Origin: Bacteroidales bacterium
GTDB taxonomy: Bacteria; Bacteroidota; Bacteroidia; Bacteroidales; CAIWKO01
Length of the DNA: 64,000 nucleotides
Reading direction: 5' to 3'
Assembly (NCBI GenBank): GCA_035389045.1
Contig: DAOORA010000018.1
Location: forward strand, 1-64,000
Shown: positions 59,131 to 64,000 of the stretch, one piece after another
Numbering within the stretch: position 1 is the first letter of the stretch
Layout: every line of letters starts with the position of its first letter
Translations under genes and position numbers: made by a program
The notes under the pieces: model-generated
Databases searched by the model: none
What the model saw: the letters and a program-made list of their open reading frames with translations, nothing else
Told to the model about the DNA's origin: nothing

Positions 59131-60588
59131 ATGCAGCAACCCTTAAACAAAATATTGGTCAACACCGGATATACTGCGATCTTCGGAGATACGGACAAAG
59201 ATATTTCTTCGGTGAGTTTCAGCTCGAAGCAATGTGAAAAAAACGGTTTGTTTGTCGCCGTGAAAGGCGTTAATGCCGACGGACACCGGTTTATCGATGA
59301 TGCGTTAACAAACGGTGCGGCCACAGTAGTTTGCGAAAACCTGCCTGAAAAGAGAAGTGCTGATATAACTTATGTTAAAGTACCTGACAGCAGTTCCGCC
59401 CTCGCGATAATTTGCGACAATTTTTTTGATCATCCTTCGTCGAAATTAAAATTGGTGGGAGTTACCGGTACCAACGGAAAAACTACCATTGCCACATTGC
59501 TTTACCGGACCTTCATGCAGCTCGGATACAAAACAGGGCTTCTCTCTACCATTTGTTACCGGGTGCACGACAAAGAATTTCCGGCAACCCATACCACTCC
59601 TGATCCTTTTGCTATAAACAAACTTTTGGCTGAAATGGTCGCATCGGGTTGTGAATATTGTTTTATGGAAGTAAGTTCTCACGCTGTGGTGCAGCAAAGA
59701 ATAGCAGGGCTGAGCTTTACCGGCGGCATATTTACAAATATTACCCACGACCATCTGGATTATCATAAAACTTTTGAAAATTACATAGAAGCCAAAAAGT
59801 CTTTTTTCGATCAGCTGCCCGTAAGTGCATTTGCGCTCACCAACATGGATGACCGTAATGGCCTGGTGATGACACAGAATACAAAAGCAAAAGGATATAC
59901 CTATGGACTGAAACAACTGGCGGATTTCAAAACACGGGTGATCGAAAACCGCATCGACGGAATGCAGCTGAACATGGACGGAACGGAGCTTTGGTGCAAG
60001 CTGGTAGGGGTGTTCAATGCATACAATATAACAGCCATTTATGCTGCCGCTATGTTGCTCGGACAGGACAAAACCCAGGTGATGGCCATCCTCAGCGGGC
60101 TTGATGCCGCTGAAGGCCGGTTTGAAAGTATTAAAGATAATGATAATATTGTGGCTATCATTGATTATGCGCATACACCCGACGCTTTAAAAAATGTGTT
60201 GGCCACCATCAATAACATCCGTCAGGGCAGCGGAAAAATCATTACCGTGGTGGGCGCAGGCGGCGACCGCGACAGGACCAAACGTCCCGAAATGGGCAAA
60301 ATTGCGGCATCGTTAAGCCAGAAGCTTATACTTACATCCGACAATCCCCGCTCGGAAGATCCGCAGGCCATCATCGATGAAATCATGGCAGGAGTCGATA
60401 TTATTGACAAGAAAAAAACACTGGTGATCACTGACAGGCGTGAAGCAATAAAGGCAGCGTACGCCTTTGCTCAACCCGGCGATATCATACTCATTGCCGG
60501 AAAAGGCCATGAAAAATACCAGGAGATAAAAGGAATAAAACATCCTTTTGATGATAAAAAAATTATTAAAGATATAATGGGTATATAA
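59131..60588 (+). CDS. murE: UDP-MurNAc-dipeptide:mDAP ligase
   Basis: [34 protein letters not shown]. Confidence 0.96.
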   Translation: MQQPLNKILVNTGYTAIFGDTDKDISSVSFSSKQCEKNGLFVAVKGVNADGHRFIDDALTNGAATVVCENLPEKRSADITYVKVPDSSSALAIICDNFFDHPSSKLKLVGVTGTNGKTTIATLLYRTFMQLGYKTGLLSTICYRVHDKEFPATHTTPDPFAINKLLAEMVASGCEYCFMEVSSHAVVQQRIAGLSFTGGIFTNITHDHLDYHKTFENYIEAKKSFFDQLPVSAFALTNMDDRNGLVMTQNTKAKGYTYGLKQLADFKTRVIENRIDGMQLNMDGTELWCKLVGVFNAYNITAIYAAAMLLGQDKTQVMAILSGLDAAEGRFESIKDNDNIVAIIDYAHTPDALKNVLATINNIRQGSGKIITVVGAGGDRDRTKRPEMGKIAASLSQKLILTSDNPRSEDPQAIIDEIMAGVDIIDKKKTLVITDRREAIKAAYAFAQPGDIILIAGKGHEKYQEIKGIKHPFDDKKIIKDIMGI

Positions 60589-60589
60589 C

Positions 60590-61849
60590 ATGTTTTATTA
60601 TTTATTTGATTATCTTGATAAGCAATTTAACTTCCCCGGCGCCGGAGTGTTTCAATACATCTCTTTCAGGGCAGCCATGTCGGTGATCACCTCACTGTTC
60701 ATCTCGCTGATCATTGGCAAAAAGATCATTAAATACCTGCAGAAAAAACAGGTCGGCGAAACCGTCCGGGATCTCGGCCTGCAGGGACAGATCGAAAAAC
60801 AGGGCACGCCGACCATGGGGGGCGTGATTATTCTTTGCGCTATTCTGATCCCCACCCTTTTGTTTGCAAAGCTTCATAATGTTTACATCATATTGATGCT
60901 GATCACGACCCTCTGGTTGGGCGCCATTGGTTTTATTGATGATTATATCAAGGTATTCAAAAAAAATAAAAAAGGTCTCGCCGGAAAATTCAAAATCCTC
61001 GGGCAGATAGGCCTCGGACTGATTGTCGGGCTAACCATGTATTTTAATGATTCCGTGGTCATCAGGGAAAAAGTAGGAACGCCGCAAAAAAATATTGTAA
61101 CCACCGACAGCCTTTTCAAGGTCGAGAATTTCAGCGGTTCCGCCAGGGCTTTTTCCGAAGATCCGGTCAAATCTACCAAGACCACCATTCCCTTTGTGAA
61201 AAATAATGAATTCGATTACTCCATCCTGCTGGCCTGGCTGGGTGACGGTTATAAGAATTGGGCATTTCTGATATTTATTCCGATCATCATATTTATTATC
61301 GTAGCCGTGTCGAACGGGGCAAACCTTACCGATGGACTCGATGGTCTGGCCACCGGCACTTCTGCAATTATCGGAGTGACCCTGGCCGTACTTGCTTATG
61401 TGTCGGGCAGCACGGTATTTGCCAACTACCTGAATATTATGTATATACCCTATACCGGTGAATTGGTAATATTTATAAGTGCGTTTGTGGGAGCGTGTAT
61501 AGCATTTTTGTGGTACAACTCTTATCCGGCTCAGATATTTATGGGAGATACCGGCAGCCTGGCTTTAGGGGGTATTATAGCCGTCTTTGCTGTCATTATC
61601 AGGAAAGAACTGCTGATACCCTTGTTTTGCGGGATATTTCTTATACAGAGTATTTCGGTAATAGTACAGGTGGGCTATTTTAAATACACCAAAAGAAGAT
61701 TTGGTGCAGGCAGAAGGATTTTCCTGATGTCGCCGTTGCATCACCATTATCAGAAAGCCGGTTATCACGAGGCGAAAATAGTTATGAGGTTTTTTATTGT
61801 CGGAATAATGCTGGCTATTCTGACCATAGTTACATTGAAAATCCGATAG
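60590..61849 (+). CDS. mraY: Phospho-MurNAc-pentapeptide transferase
   Basis: [29 protein letters not shown]. Confidence 0.97.
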   Translation: MFYYLFDYLDKQFNFPGAGVFQYISFRAAMSVITSLFISLIIGKKIIKYLQKKQVGETVRDLGLQGQIEKQGTPTMGGVIILCAILIPTLLFAKLHNVYIILMLITTLWLGAIGFIDDYIKVFKKNKKGLAGKFKILGQIGLGLIVGLTMYFNDSVVIREKVGTPQKNIVTTDSLFKVENFSGSARAFSEDPVKSTKTTIPFVKNNEFDYSILLAWLGDGYKNWAFLIFIPIIIFIIVAVSNGANLTDGLDGLATGTSAIIGVTLAVLAYVSGSTVFANYLNIMYIPYTGELVIFISAFVGACIAFLWYNSYPAQIFMGDTGSLALGGIIAVFAVIIRKELLIPLFCGIFLIQSISVIVQVGYFKYTKRRFGAGRRIFLMSPLHHHYQKAGYHEAKIVMRFFIVGIMLAILTIVTLKIR

Positions 61850-61864
61850 AAATGAAAAAATAAT

Positions 61865-63205
61865 ATGAAACCCCGGATCGTCATACTTGGTGGTGCCGAA
61901 AGCGGCATAGGAGCTGCGATACTGGCAAAAAAACACAATTATGATGTTTTTGTTTCAGATTCGGGAAACATAAAAAAAGAGTATAAAGACGTTCTTTTAC
62001 ATAATGACATACCTTTTGAAGAAGGAAAACACAGCGAAACATTCTTTATCCGTGCCGGTGAGATCATCAAAAGTCCGGGAATTTCCGACCATGCGCCGGT
62101 TATGGAAAAGATCAGAGCGCATCAGATTCCGGTGATCTCCGAAACAGAATTTGCCGCCAGATATACGGATGCAAAAAAAATATGTATCACAGGCAGCAAC
62201 GGAAAGACGACCACCAGCATGCTTACTTACCACATCCTGAAAAAAGCGGGATTTAATGTAGGACTTGCAGGAAATATCGGAAAAAGCTTTGCCCGGCAGG
62301 TAGCTGAAAATCACTTTGATTACTATGTGCTTGAGATCAGCAGCTTTCAGCTCGACTATATGTTTCGCTTTAAAGCCGATATTGCCGTGATCACCAATAT
62401 TACGCAGGATCATCTCGACAGATACGATCATAAATTTCAGAACTATATTGATTCGAAATTCAGGATAGCGCAAAATCAGTCGGCTGATGATTTTTTTATT
62501 TATTGTGCAGATGACCTTGTGACCAGGGCTGAACTGCGAAAACGCGATATTCCTGCTTCAAAGATTCCTTTTTCCCTTTTGGAACTTCCGGAGGGCAACG
62601 GAGCTTATGTCAAAAACAATGAAATGATTATTAATGTGTTATCAAAAACAATCAATATGGGATTAGAGAATTTTGCTTTACCAGGACGGCATAACCTGTA
62701 CAATTCTATGGCTGCAGGGATTGTCAGCCGTGTTTATGGTATTCGAAAAGATATCATCAAAGAAAGCATGTCTGAATTTCAGGGCGTGGAACACCGGCTG
62801 GAATTTGTGACTAAAGTGCATGGCATCGAATTTATCAATGATTCCAAGGCGACCAATGTGAATTCCACCTGGTTTGCTCTTGAAAGTATGAAACGGCCTG
62901 TGATATGGATTGTCGGGGGGTTAGACAAGGGAAACGATTATTCTGCCCTGAAACCGCTTGTTAAGGAAAAAGTAAAAGCCATTGTCTGCCTGGGCACCGA
63001 AAACACCAAGATCATAGAAGAATTCGAATCGCTTGTTCCTGTTATCAGGCAAACCACTTCGGCTGAAGAAGCGGTGAAAATATCGTACGACCTGGGCATA
63101 CAGGGTGACGTAGTCCTGCTTTCGCCGGCTTGTGCCAGTTTTGACCTGTTTAATAATTATGAAGACCGGGGAATGCAATTTAAAAGAGCAGTGTACGACT
63201 TATAA
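61865..63205 (+). CDS. murD: UDP-MurNAc-Ala:D-Glu ligase
   Basis: ITGSNGKTT, LEISSFQL, NDSKATN, LLSPACASFD. Confidence 0.97.
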   Translation: MKPRIVILGGAESGIGAAILAKKHNYDVFVSDSGNIKKEYKDVLLHNDIPFEEGKHSETFFIRAGEIIKSPGISDHAPVMEKIRAHQIPVISETEFAARYTDAKKICITGSNGKTTTSMLTYHILKKAGFNVGLAGNIGKSFARQVAENHFDYYVLEISSFQLDYMFRFKADIAVITNITQDHLDRYDHKFQNYIDSKFRIAQNQSADDFFIYCADDLVTRAELRKRDIPASKIPFSLLELPEGNGAYVKNNEMIINVLSKTINMGLENFALPGRHNLYNSMAAGIVSRVYGIRKDIIKESMSEFQGVEHRLEFVTKVHGIEFINDSKATNVNSTWFALESMKRPVIWIVGGLDKGNDYSALKPLVKEKVKAIVCLGTENTKIIEEFESLVPVIRQTTSAEEAVKISYDLGIQGDVVLLSPACASFDLFNNYEDRGMQFKRAVYDL

Positions 63206-63215
63206 AATATTACCA

Positions 63216-64000
63216 ATGAAAAAGTTTTTTGCAAATTTCAAGGGAGACAAAGTGATCTGGGCGGTAGTCCTGATTTTACTTATTTTTTCCATACTTGCGG
63301 TATACAGCTCCACAGGAACCCTTGCATACCGGAGTAAGAAGATCGCAGGCAACACGGAATTTTTCCTTATGAAACATCTTTTTATCTTAGTAATGGGCGT
63401 CGCCCTGATGTTTGTCTTCCACACAATAAACTATCACCGTTTTTCAAAACTCTCGCAGCTGGCCATTTTCGCTGCCATTGTACTGTTGCCCATAACATTG
63501 TTTACCGGCAGCTCGGTCAATGAAGCTTCGCGCTGGCTGACACTTCCGTTGATAGATCTCAGGTTTCAGACATCGGATCTGGCAAAACTGGCGCTGATAA
63601 TGTATCTGGCCAGGCAAATTTCCAAAAGACAGGAAAATATCAAAGATTTTAAAAAAGGCTTCCTTCCTGTTATAATACCCATAATCCTGGTTTGTGTGTT
63701 CATCCTTCCTGCAAATTTATCCACAGCGGCCATCTTGTTTATGACCTGTGTGGTAATTATGATTGTCGGCAGGGTGCCGGCCAAATATATCCTGAGCCTT
63801 TTCGTAATTATGCTGCTTGCTGGTGGACTTTTAGTTCTGATATTGAAAAATTCACCCTGGGAAAGCCGTTGGGATACATGGAAAAACAGAATTGAAACGT
63901 ATTTTGGCGATGACTCCAAACAAGATCCTGCTGATGTATACCAGGTAACTCAATCGAAAATTGCTGTGGCCTCCGGAGGCCTTTTCGGAAAATTTCCGGG
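63216..64000 (+). CDS. ftsW: FtsW/RodA SEDS protein, truncated by the window end
   Basis: MKKFFANFKGDKVIWAVV..., RWL, FQTSDLAKL, YQVTQSKIAVASGGLFGK; follows murD. Confidence 0.92.
   Translation, partial: MKKFFANFKGDKVIWAVVLILLIFSILAVYSSTGTLAYRSKKIAGNTEFFLMKHLFILVMGVALMFVFHTINYHRFSKLSQLAIFAAIVLLPITLFTGSSVNEASRWLTLPLIDLRFQTSDLAKLALIMYLARQISKRQENIKDFKKGFLPVIIPIILVCVFILPANLSTAAILFMTCVVIMIVGRVPAKYILSLFVIMLLAGGLLVLILKNSPWESRWDTWKNRIETYFGDDSKQDPADVYQVTQSKIAVASGGLFGKFP

Noticed and set aside
59131..61849. murF missing between murE and mraY
   Set aside because: This is the usual Bacteroidota dcw arrangement.

Overview
Chromosomal window from a Bacteroidota (probably Bacteroidales-like) bacterium. 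The assignment rests on TAnnTTTG promoter boxes, mostly SD-less A-rich starts, T9SS C-terminal domains, signal peptides followed by Gln, and the dcw gene order. Most of the window is housekeeping or envelope genes: an RND efflux operon, holA/amn, peptidases, an OPT transporter, mqnC, glyQS, an acyl-CoA carboxyltransferase, lpxK and mraZ-rsmH-ftsL-ftsI-murE-mraY-murD-ftsW. The standout is an AT-richer accessory block at about 32.4-51.5 kb. It holds a 2230-aa modular T9SS protein, five secreted/lipoprotein genes that all carry strong Shine-Dalgarno sites, and two tandem signal-peptide-bearing TPR-CHAT (caspase-like) proteases with a 578-bp identical catalytic core. It ends with an atypical ECF sigma factor (apparently two sigma2-like domains) and a zinc-binding membrane anti-sigma. 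The same motif, TTTTGTAACAC-N16-CATT, lies upstream of both the sigma operon and the five-gene operon. This suggests a CRISPR-independent periplasmic caspase-like protease / anti-sigma / sigma signalling circuit with its regulon next door. That model is inference; all assignments come from reading motifs, with no database searches.
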